Source: Auanema rhodensis
Taxonomy: Eukaryota > Animalia > Nematoda
DNA: 64,000 bases
Assembly (NCBI GenBank): GCA_964057225.1
Contig: OZ059899.1
Coordinates: 13,082,001 to 13,146,000, forward strand
Direction of reading: 5' to 3'
In this document: positions 12,201-24,401 of the stretch, piece after piece
Position numbering within the stretch: position 1 is the stretch's first letter
How the letters are laid out: the number at the start of each line of letters is the position of its first letter
The notes under the pieces: generated by a model
Database searches by the model: none
What the model was told of the DNA's origin: nothing
What the model saw: only the letters and a program-made list of their open reading frames with translations
Position numbers and translations under genes: made by a program

Positions 12201-15200
12201 TGAATCAGAAAATCGTCAACGGGTAGACAGCGAAGATTTCAAACTGTCCAAAACCGTTTTTGATAAGGTCCAAACAGTTAGCTGGAAGCTCGTATAACTA
12301 TATGGGACGATAACGGAGCACTTAATATGTAATAAGGGTAAAATTGGGAATTCTATACGACTTGGCCAACACGTGGTCGAGAAAGAGCCTCTGCAGCCGA
12401 CACAGAATGAACAGCCGCGTACCGCTGCTTGCTAGCTTCACTTCATTACACCGCTGAACAGGCACCTTCATCCAATGGATGCATGTTGTTAGCTCAGAAT
12501 GTTGACAATTTTAAAAAAGAGAAATGCCAAAAAAATAGATACCACAGGAAAAAAGGATAGTCAGTTTCAAAATCTATGAAGCCAATGCATGCTTAAGCCA
12601 TATTGTCAACAAAATGGAGTTTGTATACTTAATATAATCCATTCGAAAGTTAAGCTTGCTCTCCGAAATCAATGAAAGTTTTCAAAACAAACACTGGTAA
12701 TGAATTTGATACCTTTCCCGGAAACATGAAGATCGAAGTAATGAATTCACTAACCTCACAACTGTCTGTACTTTGAATAGATAATCGTTGATTATCTAAA
12801 GATAGTGATTCGGCATCGCGAGACAATCTATCACCAGACGATGAAGACACATTGGATCTAGTAGATACGGATCTAGCCGATGATGGAGCTGAGCTAAGAG
12901 CACTACTACTCTCAATACCCATTTTAAGACCTAGAAAAAATAATTTTAAAAAAAACTTGTTAAATCGTTTTAGTTTACCTAATGGAAGAAGTCCTTGAGT
13001 GAGCTCTCTTATTTTCTTGACCCACATAACTTTAGCTTGTTCAGTATTTGCGCGTAGGTCCGTTCTATTATCATTAGTAGCAATAGTTCCAACCCGTAAT
13101 CCAAATCTACATACATCCCCTTCTACGTGCTCAACCACGGAAACTTCACCTAGCTATAAAAACACATTTCAAAAAAAAAAATTTGCATATTTTACCGAAA
13201 TAGGCTTTCCTTTTGCAACATACCGTATGGCTTTTGATGGCATTTCTATCTTTTTTGCAAAAACTATTGCTAATTCAAACAAAAACACCTTAAAAACAGT
13301 TTATAAATCTAAAACAATAATAAAAAAACCTGTCTGTCTTTGCCTTTCTTAAAGTATGAGCGAGGTTCCCACACAGTTAAGAAATCCTGCATCACAAATG
13401 GCCCCAAAACGCCCAACTAAAAAAAATTGAAATATTAGAAAATATATTAAAGAAATTACTTTGTTCTTATCCAGGCAATTGAGATGAATTATATCGTTGA
13501 CTCGTCGAGGCACACTAAGTACAACGTCATATGCCTCTTTGATTTCATCCACATTTTCTGTACTTGTGCGCATTAATTGTTCCATCATTAACCGATATCT
13601 AAAACAGAAATTACGAAGAGCGTTATACTTTCCTAAGTACCGTGTAATTCTTTGTACAGGCTTGATAAGAAGCGATCCCAAATCGTTACTAATTTCCAAA
13701 CCATGGCGTTCGCGAATTCCCTTAAAAACTAGAAGCTTCAGGAAAAAAAAATATTAAACATACACCAAAAAAATGAACAGCGTCAGGAAGGGAAATAATA
13801 TTAGAATTTTGTTCTTTGTTAACACAGTAGTCTGTGTACAAGTCATTCAAATAATCTACCCATAAAATGAAAGAACATCCAACATCTTCTGGTTCATTTT
13901 CATACTTTGTCAATTCGCTAATGAATGTTCTAAAAAAAAAAATTAGCGTATATTACTAAAAATTGCTTACTCAGAATGGAATTTGTATATCATTTCGAGA
14001 TTACCGAAAATATCCCTGCGACGATCAGTTAGGGCAGATGGTAAAGTGGACGAAGTGGTTGCAGAGTCAAATTCCCTGAAAGAAAAAAGAATAACTGACT
14101 GAGTATCGTATATTATTACTTGATGTAAATATGAACACATCGACGGAGATCTTCAATATAATCTTTTTCAGATTTAATAAGTTCTTGCATTGGTTCCCTA
14201 AACAAATGAATGAGCAAGCCCATGGAATATCGAACATACATCATTTTCATTTTCTTCTCATCAGTTATTTTAACATGCTCTTTATCCATTCTTTCCTCCA
14301 CGCTGCTATCCGAATGGCGATTAAGAGAGAGTTCATTACGCTGAAATTGATGGAGATTCTACAAGGGAGTAGCAGAACAACGTACCGAAATTTTGCTTCC
14401 GCGCAGAGTAACTTCACAATCATTAACACGTTGAGAGAACTGTTCAAATTTCATTTTTAATTTTTCCATGATTTCAGAAAATTCTCCTTTATGCTCAATA
14501 GCATCTACCAGTAAGTTATTTCCCATACATAAAAGAGTTTGAATAGTAGCACGTTTTTCCTGAAAAAAAAAAGAATTCGGAAAAAAAACTTCAACCAACC
14601 TTAACCGTAATTTTATAATTAGAAAATAACTCTAAAGTAGCTGGATCGTTGGTGCTCTTCAACTTTCCCGAGAAATTTCGGAGTAATTGTTCTCCTTCTC
14701 CTTCGATCCAATCAAATATTTCGGTACATGAAGCATGATATAATACAAAATGGTGACATCTAAGAGAAACCCTTTTCTTTCGCATAACCAATTAATAATA
14801 CCTGTCCAAATGTCTCTTTTTTCTATTCCAGATTTCCATGATCTTAGATTGTCTCTCACGAACATGGCTTTTCATTTCGTTTATCATAGCTTCATTATCC
14901 GATCTAAAAAAAATCAATTTAAAAAATTGCAATTTTGTGTGCTCACTTAGTGGGATTGCTCATTGCATCTCTTTGGATATGTTTCAAATATGTCTCACTG
15001 TTCTTCAGAGCATAGGAACACCCTTTCAAAAACTTCTCCTTTAAAAACGAATTGATTTAAATTAATCATATGAAATATATGATAAACCTTGTATTCGGCA
15101 TGCTGGCTTATCAAATTAGCCAAGTAATTTGCTTTATCTTGAGCTGTATTCATACTACATTTTCTGCACCAGTCGTCCTGTAAGTCCCGTTGTATGAATA

Positions 15201-18200
15201 AACAAAATTTTAAATCTTATACTGACTATATGTTCCTCTTTGTCTAATTGCTTTAATAACGGTAGTAATATCTTATGATAAGTTTTAAAGCAAGCTACCG
15301 CTGCTAATAATAACTTATTCCTCTCCTCAGTTAAACCAACGAGCAAACGCCATTTGGAGATGACACGCTGAAAATAAAAGTTGAAAATTCAGAAATTTAT
15401 ACCAGAAAATATCACCTCATTCAAAGCTATTACTGAATTCCTTTCAATGCTTATTCGCCCAGATTGGTTTTCACGAATCAATTCGTTTGTAAACGTGAGG
15501 AAAGTTTCCAGTTCTTCGCTCTACAAAATAAACAAATGAAGAAAAAACTTGAAAAGTTACAGTATATTACCTTATATGAAGACACTCGAGCTCGGAAGCG
15601 TTTATGTTCTTCTAACATATTGACAGACTCGTCGTAATTTTTAGGAAATTGGTTGTTCTCATAGAGACAATCAATGGATTCATCGAAAAATTTGACTAAA
15701 GCATCAGTTCGAACAACAGCCTAGTATATTTATATATGGGTTCATATGAAACAGATATAGTAGTACCTCACGCAGGATCACGGCTCCATCGATTTTTACA
15801 GTGGCATCTTTAGCAACCTGAACAAAAACTAATTAACAAATTGTTTTAATGGTAGTATAACCTTCATAACTTGTTGTTCAGCATTCTCAAGCTGGCGGAG
15901 GCTATTCCTGATCATGTCAACAACGAGTTCTTCTCTCCCTTTAACAGTTATGTCATCAAATTGATTACCATGAATAAACTGAAGTAAAGATACAAAATTA
16001 ATCCAATTTAATGAGAAAATACCTGCAGAACTTCTCTCGCAAAAAGTTTTATACTTTTAATTGCTTCTTTAACTTTGTTGGTATTTTCTGCGTGAAAGGG
16101 CTGAACGATATGAGCATTGTTAGCGAAATTGGCATCATCAAGCATCGCCCTCATATCTCTTCTCCAGCTCTGAAAAAAAAACTCAGTGTGGAAAAAAGTG
16201 TTATCTTACTAAGATTTGCTCCAAAACATCCGCACAGTCTGCTAAAAAGTTAGCAAACTTTGCCCCTACTTCAAGAAGAGTTCTCTGAGGAATCCACATT
16301 TCCAACAATTTATGGTTAGATTTCTCTATTGAGTCCATTAAACGGGATACATGTAAAATTGTTTCAGAATAATCAAAATCAGGAGGTACATGTTGCCTTT
16401 GCAACTCTTTCACTAAGTCATTTCCTTCTCCCATTGTAGTTGCATAAGCCTAAACAACATTTTAAACTACACCGCATAAAATTCGAAATACCTGAGCGGT
16501 TCCATCACTTTCTAGTATCCATTGTTCTCTATTATCATTGCACTCCTTCACTGTACAAGCAACAGATCGATCATATTTTCTTTCCATAGTCGCATACCAA
16601 TCAAGAAGCTCATTATAATGAGTGTGAAACAATACAGACATATTCAGAAGTTTGTTTCTACAGAATAATGAAGAAATTTTAAGATAAAAGATGTTTCATA
16701 CCTAGCTTCAAGTCTTACGGTGAATCTTTGCACTCTCTCTTCTAGATCTCGCAAAATAACCCTCATGCGTTCTTGATCAACCACACCTATTAAACTTGTT
16801 GTCATTGACCGAGTTTTAAAAAAATACCAGAATTCACAATAACCACACCAGCATTGAATAGCTTTGTTGCGTTCAAAAAAGTATTTTCAGCAATTCTTCG
16901 AAAATGGTTATGGCTTCGTTGACAGTGTAGAGCTGATTCCCGAGATTCACCTAAATTGAAAAAAAATTAATTTGAATCTGACTATGTATACCTATTTTAA
17001 CATTTCTTCGTAAGTATGTATCTCCATGTTCATTGAGCCAGTCAATAACCAATTTTATGTCTGATTTGAATGCTATAAATGCCAGCAACGAATGTAATTT
17101 CATCTTAAATACAATAGCAACATATTGAAACAATGACAAATTATACCTTTCGAGTATTCCAAATATCATGAAGCTGTTTCTGAGATCGGGTGAGTTGGGT
17201 ATTCATATTTGTACACTGTGAAGCATCTGCATTACAGCCACGAAGAGCTTGAAGTAATTGACTAGATTGTGAAACCGCCTTAATAAAAAATCATATGACG
17301 TTTCAAAGGCAAAAAAATACTTCGCAATAAACAGTTTCCACTTGGTTCCAAAAGGCTAAATGCCTGTTAATTGCATCATCTAGCAGAGCTTGATCGTTAC
17401 CATCTACAGATTCTACATTAACACCAGGATTCTCCAACCATACCGGATATTGAGCAAAGTACTAACAAACATAATTGTTAGCAAATATATTGCTTTCAAA
17501 GCTTACTTGACTAGTACAACGAAAAAATGCTACTGCTGTCGTGAGGATCTTACGACGGCCTTCAAGTAAGGATTTAAACTGTTCCCAATCTCTACTTAAA
17601 CATAAGGATAGGCGTTCAACTTTACTACGATGTTGTGGGGTTGTTCCAGATAATAATCGGTTCGCTCTTGTGCATACTTGATTCACACTGACTTCATTAT
17701 TCTAAATAAAAAATAAGTCAAGCATTATAAATATAATAAGAACCCTGGCAGAAGTCTCAAATCCATCAAATTCTTGCAGTCTTTCAAGAGCTTCTCGTTC
17801 ATTAGCACCTATATCACTCATATGTTCACTAAGAACTTTACTGTGTGTTCTAATCCAAGTAACAGTCTGCAACGAGAAAAAAATATTAAAATTAATTTAC
17901 TGAAAATAACCCTATCAGCATCTTGTTCAAATAGTTTATAATCATGTATAGCACCTAATTCAGAATTTCGCTTTTCCCAAGAAGAAAAAACTTTTTCTCT
18001 GAAAAAAAAAAACCGTATAAGCATCAAGACAATAAATGGAAAATCCTCACTTCATAACTTGAAGAGAATGAACAAGATTTCGAACATTTACTTTAGCGGC
18101 TTCCAGATCTGGATTTTTAATTCCACATACCGGTTTATCAATACGTCCGATAATCTAAACAAAGCAGTACACAACAATAGATAAAAAAAATTGTCTCACC

Positions 18201-19921
18201 CTATCAGCCTCAGCTCTGATCCTATCCAATGGAATTGACTGGATCGCAGATCTGATCCGGTGATGTTGCTCCATAGATCTCTATATATTTTTCAATTAAA
18301 AAACAATTCAAATTATAATATACCATAGCAGAAGAAACATCCACTGGTTGCTCTCCATCGGTCATAGATGACTCATGAATTGACAAACCCCGAAGAATTT
18401 CAGTCATTTGCCATATCCATTTTTCAAGTTCCTGAGAAACAAGTACGTTAATTTAAAAACAGAACTGGAAAGTTTATACCAATCTTGTCTCAAGCCATTC
18501 ATCATGATCATAAGGGAAAGTCCCTCCGATTTCACGAGGAATTTGATGAAGCTCAATAAATTTGTTCAATTGATCAAAATTAATCATTTGCACTTCAAAA
18601 GACCAGGAGCCTATAAAATATTTCATCAATAAAGTCATATTATAAAGAAAAGTTACCGAGGGAAATTTGAGCCTTCTGTTTTTCCCAAAATTTCTCAGGT
18701 TTTATGATAAGAACACAATGAACAGTAAAGGTATCAGCTTCACCAAGATCCTCTATACCTTTCAACAAAGGTTTAACTGTACTCCAAGTTCTTTTTCCGC
18801 GCATATCAATAAGAACCAAAAAACCCTTTTGACGTGACCCATCTCTGTAAAAGTTTAAAATTTTTTAAATTTCAACTTTAAAATTCTTACTCTGTAACCT
18901 CGCTTAAATAAAGAAGAACGTTGCGAATACTTTCTGCACTGATGACTTGCTCCTAAATTTAATATATCAAGAGATATACCGCTTGATTCGCTTACGACAG
19001 ATGGAAAGAATAGAGCTGCCCTTCCATATCGGTCACGACAACCCGGTTGAAGTGCTATTCTATCTCGAAGAATATGAACAATATCATCGGCTTTAACAGC
19101 AGGGGCAGACTTAAAGGAAAAATTAACAGAGTTTCATAATCATATGCCCTTATTAAAATTATAAACATTCTATTATTCAACTGATTTCATGATCGTAATG
19201 CACAATCTTACTTGTTTTATTAAAGCTTGTATATGGACATATATGTGAGAACCATGTCAACAACAGCATGGCTTGCTTTAACCTTCAACTGAGATGCGAA
19301 CAAAACAGTTTCCCATCTGTCACTCATTAGCAATTCTTTTAACCAAAAGGCAAATACACTTTAACCAAAAGACGTTTCTTGATAGAAACTAAGAATACTC
19401 AAATCAGTGATCATTACAAATATGATATGTTAAAGAAAAAATAAATAGACTGACCGTTGTTGAAATCATATCGTGTCCATATCTGAAGTATTACAGAAAA
19501 GTCTCCAATGAAATATTACAATAAATTGCTAACTGCTAGCTCAACTAACGGAAATATGCTTAAAAGATTATAATAAATTCATAATAAATCTTAAAAAAAA
19601 ATTAAAAAATGAGAAATTTTAATATAAAGCATCATTGCATCCGTCGTTTTAAAGTTCTATAAAGCAGCTATCTACCAGCGGCTGTTCGTAAATTGTCACA
19701 AATACACTTTATCAACTACAAGAGCATACATTGCTTCAACATAGTTTCATAAAAAACGGAAACAAAAACGTTAATTAATAAATGAAAAAAAAGACAAAAA
19801 TAATAAAAAATAAAAAAATAATAAAAAATAAACAATCAATAATTCAGATGGGTTAACACCTATTATCAAGCTTCGGTTAAATTTCAATTTTTTGAACTGA
19901 CCGTTTGTTAAGAGTGACCAT
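209..19921 (-). CDS. unc-73: UNC-73/Trio Rho-family GEF (Sec14, spectrin repeats, DH1-PH1, SH3, DH2); multi-exon, 3' end lies beyond the left edge of the window
   Basis: Hand-spliced GT-AG exons stay in frame. N-terminus MVTLNKR|YGHDMISTT|[16 protein letters not shown] (exons 19902-19921, 19455-19482, 18996-19109); Sec14 region [14 protein letters not shown] and YDHDEWLE; DH1 [13 protein letters not shown] and [12 protein letters not shown]; PH1 [16 protein letters not shown]; SH3 exons 10968-11054 and about 10252-10354; DH2 [38 protein letters not shown] and [17 protein letters not shown] (exon 209-310). These match recalled UNC-73/Trio motifs. Confidence 0.97.
4157..4209 (-). other. unc-73: Candidate internal alternative first exon of unc-73 ([18 protein letters not shown])
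   Basis: 53-nt ATG-led exon ending AG|gtaatt in phase 2, which matches the phase-2 acceptor of exon 2870-3032 (RIFANSAKE). Confidence 0.55.
6686..6923 (-). other. unc-73: Candidate internal alternative first exon of unc-73 ([14 protein letters not shown]...TSSI)
   Basis: 238-nt open frame after an attag acceptor. It ends G|gtagtt in phase 1 and joins core exon 6553-6625 ([12 protein letters not shown]...KRKSLR) across a 60-nt intron. Confidence 0.65.
11508..11651 (-). other. unc-73: Candidate internal alternative first exon of unc-73 ([17 protein letters not shown]...RRANSS)
   Basis: 144-nt ATG-led exon with a phase-0 donor TCG|gtttgt that joins SH3 exon 10968-11054 in frame. GC-box-like motifs lie upstream at 11755-11795. 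Confidence 0.6.
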
Positions 19922-20178
19922 TGCTAAATAAAACACTGCTCCAATCATAAGACGCTATGAGAGAGAGAGAGCATGAGCTGAAGAAATAGTATATATAACC
20001 GAGAGAGTTAGAAAGATAGCAGAGACGCATAGTACAAAACTACGAGGAAGACGGTTTGAATATTTTCTTTTATTTCTTTTATTTATTTATATCCTGTATG
20101 TTATATTTCTAATTTGGTTATTTCAAATAAAACTTATATTTTGTTGTTATAATATTTTTAATTTACGAACTTTTAGAA
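19922..20178. promoter_or_regulatory. Putative bidirectional promoter between unc-73 and ned-8
   Basis: 257 bp separate the divergent ATGs (19921 minus, 20179 plus). Each ATG lies 2 nt after a TTTAG acceptor typical of SL trans-splicing. There is a short GA tract at about 19959-19971. Confidence 0.55.
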
Positions 20179-20558
20179 ATGCTGATTAAAGTGAAAACCC
20201 TCACCGGAAAGGAAATAGAACTTGATATTGAACCAAATGATAGAGTTGATAGAATAAAAGAAAAGGTAGTCATCATGTTACCGTTCCAACTTATATTTGT
20301 AATTTTCAGGTAGAAGAAAAAGAAGGAATTCCTCCACCTCAACAACGTTTGATTTTTGCTGGAAAACAAATGAATGATGACAAAACTGCTGCTGACTATA
20401 AGGTATGGATATATTCGTTTTTTGTTTTATACTAGTGAATAATAATTTAATTCCTATTTTTAAAAGTAAGTGATTATAAAATGTTTTATTGTCTTTAGGT
20501 GCAAGGTGGATCCGTTCTTCACTTAGTCCTTGCTTTACGTGGTGGAAAGCAATACTAG
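20179..20558 (+). CDS. ned-8: NEDD8 ubiquitin-like modifier, 79-aa precursor, 3 exons (20179-20265, 20310-20402, 20499-20558)
   Basis: [29 protein letters not shown]|[31 protein letters not shown]|[19 protein letters not shown]. Ala72 in LALRGG distinguishes NEDD8 from ubiquitin. Confidence 0.98.
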
Positions 20559-21117
20559 TTTCTTGAATCCATATTGACAGTTTTTAAATATTTATTTATT
20601 GTCATAGCAAGCACTTTTATAAATTGGGTTTATCCGTGTTAATCTTCTCTATACGGTTCTTACCACAATCTTTTCTTTTATGAGTGACTTGTCCTGTACA
20701 GTCTGTCTTATTTCTCGGTGTTACCTTTCCTGCTTTCAATATCGCCCTGTGTTAAAATAGTTATGTCGATAAAATTTTCAAGAGAAGACAACGATTCATT
20801 CTTAATAGTTAATTGATAGTTACATCCATATATTTCATATTTACAACGAAATTAAATTTTGCACATGTTATGGCCAAACAAATTGGAGCTTCATATATCA
20901 TGAGACTTCCCAAGGTATTATTAACTTTGATTCTGTTTTGGTCGATAAAGCTCAATTGCACAGTTTGAATATAACTTTAAATATTGCTTGAAAACTTGAA
21001 ATAAATTATGATAATGAAGTTTCGGATACGATAATAATTCCATTCGTCTTGTCCGGGAAAATGAGAATCTATGAACGATAACTGGCATCACGGTTTTACA
21101 ATAGTTGGCTTTGAAAA

Positions 21118-24100
21118 TTACCGGGCAGCCTTCTCTGGAAAAAATTCGATTATATAAATCGTTTTTGAAAAAGGATAGTTGATTCATTCTTATATTTGGT
21201 CCCCAGCTCTTTCTTATGTGAAAGTAGAATAAAATTTTTCTGGTGTGTCAAGAATGAGAAAAAGAATAGATTAGGTGGGTAATGATAGGTTGGGTGCCCT
21301 AGCCAATTCTGTTCAGCATCGTTTTTCTAATGCGATGGCGTCATACTAGCTTATATAGAACCTACTGATCAGATGTATTTTAATCACATAATGTTTTCCT
21401 TTTTAATCCAAATCGTTATATAACAATACAATGGGTAGTTTTCCAAAAGATTTTGCTGAGTGTTTTCATTTTGTACATAAACATTAAGTTTCGAAAAAAA
21501 GTTTGTAGTGAAATTTTTGATACTGACTACTATTTTATATTGATTGAAATATGTTAAAAAAAGAATATTCATAAACACTTACTGACTGGTGGCCGTTCGC
21601 CACTGTGCCATCTGAGGTGAGCTTTCAAGTGACTACTCTTGTTATAAACTTTTCCACAACCGCGGATATGACAACTGTGAATATTTCTCTTCTTCAAGGG
21701 TACATTGTTAATGCCTGAAACATTGATATAAAGTCTTGTTCATTTTGTTCAAGTAAGAAATTGATCTGATTTTCCAAATGTATAAAATTTTGAACGCCAA
21801 GGTGTGTGCTCATTGACCGTAATTGACATCAGGTAGGATGAGCTTAGAATAAGATTGACTTGTATTGTCGCATCAAGTGGCCTGATTGCGCAAAAATGGA
21901 CAAATCATAGAGGATACATTCAATTATTGTATTAGGAAATGCAGTTAGTTGAAACAACAGGACACATTGTAAGACAGGTGCCAGATTACATAAGTCTCAT
22001 GAAAACTATATATTTATATTTTCCTATATAGGCCATGCACGAGGTGAATGTTGTGAGACCGTTTAATCTGTAATGAGATATGTATGTTCAGTCTGCCGTT
22101 TACTGATTCGAACATGCAATTGAAGATACTTGCACCATTTCGCAGATGTTCACTTCGTCTGACAGAGTTCGGTTTAGGTTCCCAATACAATTTGGTCACC
22201 AACTGCATCATCGTCCTTGAGTTAGTTTGCTGTTACTCATCCTTTTCTTTGGGCTCAACCTTCTCTCTCATCCATAGTTCTCTTTTTCACCTTTCCTTCA
22301 AAACTCGAAAGGTGTTATCTAACACTAATATACAACCAGTCCATTAAGAGTGGCTCCGATAATTGTCTCTTGATCTCATCTACTCAGCTCATTTGACCCT
22401 AAACCGAAGTTCCCATATATGGTGCAATGGATATCCAGAAAGGTTGTGGATCTTCTGATAGCTCAGAGATAGGATCTCTCCGATATTCTTTCACTTTGAT
22501 GCTATTCTTTCAGTTCATATCCGAAAAAATAATAATAGCAGGTGGTCAGGATAAGCATGCATATCAGATTGTCTAAGCTATTGCTGACTAAAAAAACGGA
22601 AACTTGAGCAGGTTTATAAAACATATGGCACATATACTTTTCTCAAACATTGAATAAAGTTTTCAGGAAAAAAAAAACAATTATGTGAATATAATGTTTT
22701 TAACCAGATTTGGCTATCCAATATTTGAATATAAAATGTTATTGGAATAAGGATTCAAGCCGTTGGTAGTCTCACGAGAACTTCTCTTTCGAGTGTTGTC
22801 GAAAAATCTTACGGTTGTTCGGCTCTTGGAGATAACATCGTCAAGACAGACTCCCAGCGGCACATCACAAGAAGGAAATGCTCGATAGATAATCTTTGGC
22901 TTGACAATCTCTACAGTAGGCTATTCTTAATTTCTCGTTCTCTCTCAATCTATTTTTTGGCTATTTGAATATTCGACTAAAACATTTTCAAGACAGAAGG
23001 TATGAAATTCAGCATTGAATCGAACAGCAGATGAAGGATGAACAGCTTCAGTGAGAAAAAGAGAAAAGCCATGGGCAGATTTTTATGTGCTTCAATAATT
23101 GCTGGGTTTGGGATGATGGCCAACGGTTTTTCGTTAGTCTTGACGCCGGTTCAATGCTTTCTCACTCTGGTACAACACCCGTTATTCAGATTACTCTTAA
23201 GAAAAAAAACTATTTCGTCGCAATGGTTTTTTTCTTCTGGTTGTTGAATAAATTTCCAACCACATAGTTCTTTGGATATTGTTGAAGTATTGATATATTT
23301 TTGATATAAAAATTCGTCAAAATAAAAATAAATTATACCAATGCGTTCAGCTTCAGCACAATTAGGGCATTCACAATTTCCACGAGAGTTATATTTTGTA
23401 GCTGTCGGTATCGGATTTGGAGCTGATGTTGGAACCGTCTGACGCAATAAGCGGGGATTAATACTAAAATATATATTTTATGAGTTTAATTGCTCCCATA
23501 ACTGTGAATAGTGATAGAGAAATAAAATTATTCATACTTTGTGGATGCTGAAGTTACAGGTACCGCAGCAGCTTGAAGAATATTCAAAGGAGTTGCTAAG
23601 TAAGGAGGATAAGTTGCTGTTGCGGCGGTTTCGGGAGAATATGAAAATGCTGTGAAAGGAGATGTAGTATCCCACCTAAAATAAATAAAAAGAATCAAAT
23701 GTACTAAAAACACATTAGTAAAAAGTATTATAGAAATATAAAAGCACTAACCAGTTCGGCGAAGTTGTCCAAGTAGGATAAGCAGCATATGGCACATCTC
23801 CAGTTATCATAACACGATCCCCCTATAAGACATAACTCAGAATACAAAATAAAATATTGTTTAAATATTGATGAATAATCATTTATATGCTGTTAAAGGA
23901 TCAATTGTTGACATATGAACTCACATCTGATTTCAAACGGTTATATTGTTCCATCAACTTTCCCAAAGCCGTATTAGAATCATCCTAAATCAAGAAAAAA
24001 TCATAAATAGTAACATGTACTTTTCTAAATATATACTTAATACATATAATAGAATATCAAAGCTCATATTTAAGTTAAAAAAAGCTATTTCGGAAACAAT

Positions 24101-24247
24101 AATAAGAAAAACTAAAAGAATCAGGCGACTTACTTGAAGAGTCGTTGCAGCTATCGTTGTGAAGGGAGTCTGAGCTACCGATGCTGGTAACTGAGATGGT
24201 GATGAAGGTGAAGATGTAGTTTTTTCAGCTTTTATCAGGCTAGTCAT
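21118..24247 (-). CDS. sptf-1: Sp/Buttonhead-family transcription factor with a single C2H2 finger, about 218 aa, 7 exons
   Basis: Exons 24134-24247, 23925-23984, 23752-23822, 23538-23675, 23339-23463, 21583-21714 and 21118-21134 are phase-consistent. Buttonhead box RGNCECPNC; Sp-type finger [30 protein letters not shown]. The last exon (KKAAR*) is less certain; reading through the last donor gives SKCL*. Confidence 0.85.
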
Positions 24248-24338
24248 TTTGTGAGAAAATAATATCTTGCTCTGATGACTGACGATGCTCTTGACAGATC
24301 TCAAACGCAAGAATGAGCTGTATAGTCCGTTTTTCCTA

Positions 24339-24401
24339 GCCACGCCTTCTGTGAGGTAATATCGCATCACCCGTTATCGTAGTAATAGGTAGGGGGCGGA
24401 G
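24339..24401. promoter_or_regulatory. Sp/KLF-type GC and GT boxes upstream of the Sp-family gene
   Basis: GCCACGCCT (24339-24347) and GGGGGCGGAG (24392-24401) lie 90-155 bp upstream of the ATG at 24247 in an AT-rich context. Confidence 0.45.

Noticed and set aside
20610-20750. Minus-strand Cys-containing frame (DCTGQVTHKRKDCGK) as the missing Sp fingers
   Set aside because: The Cys/His spacing is not C2H2; it lies in the probable ned-8 3' UTR.
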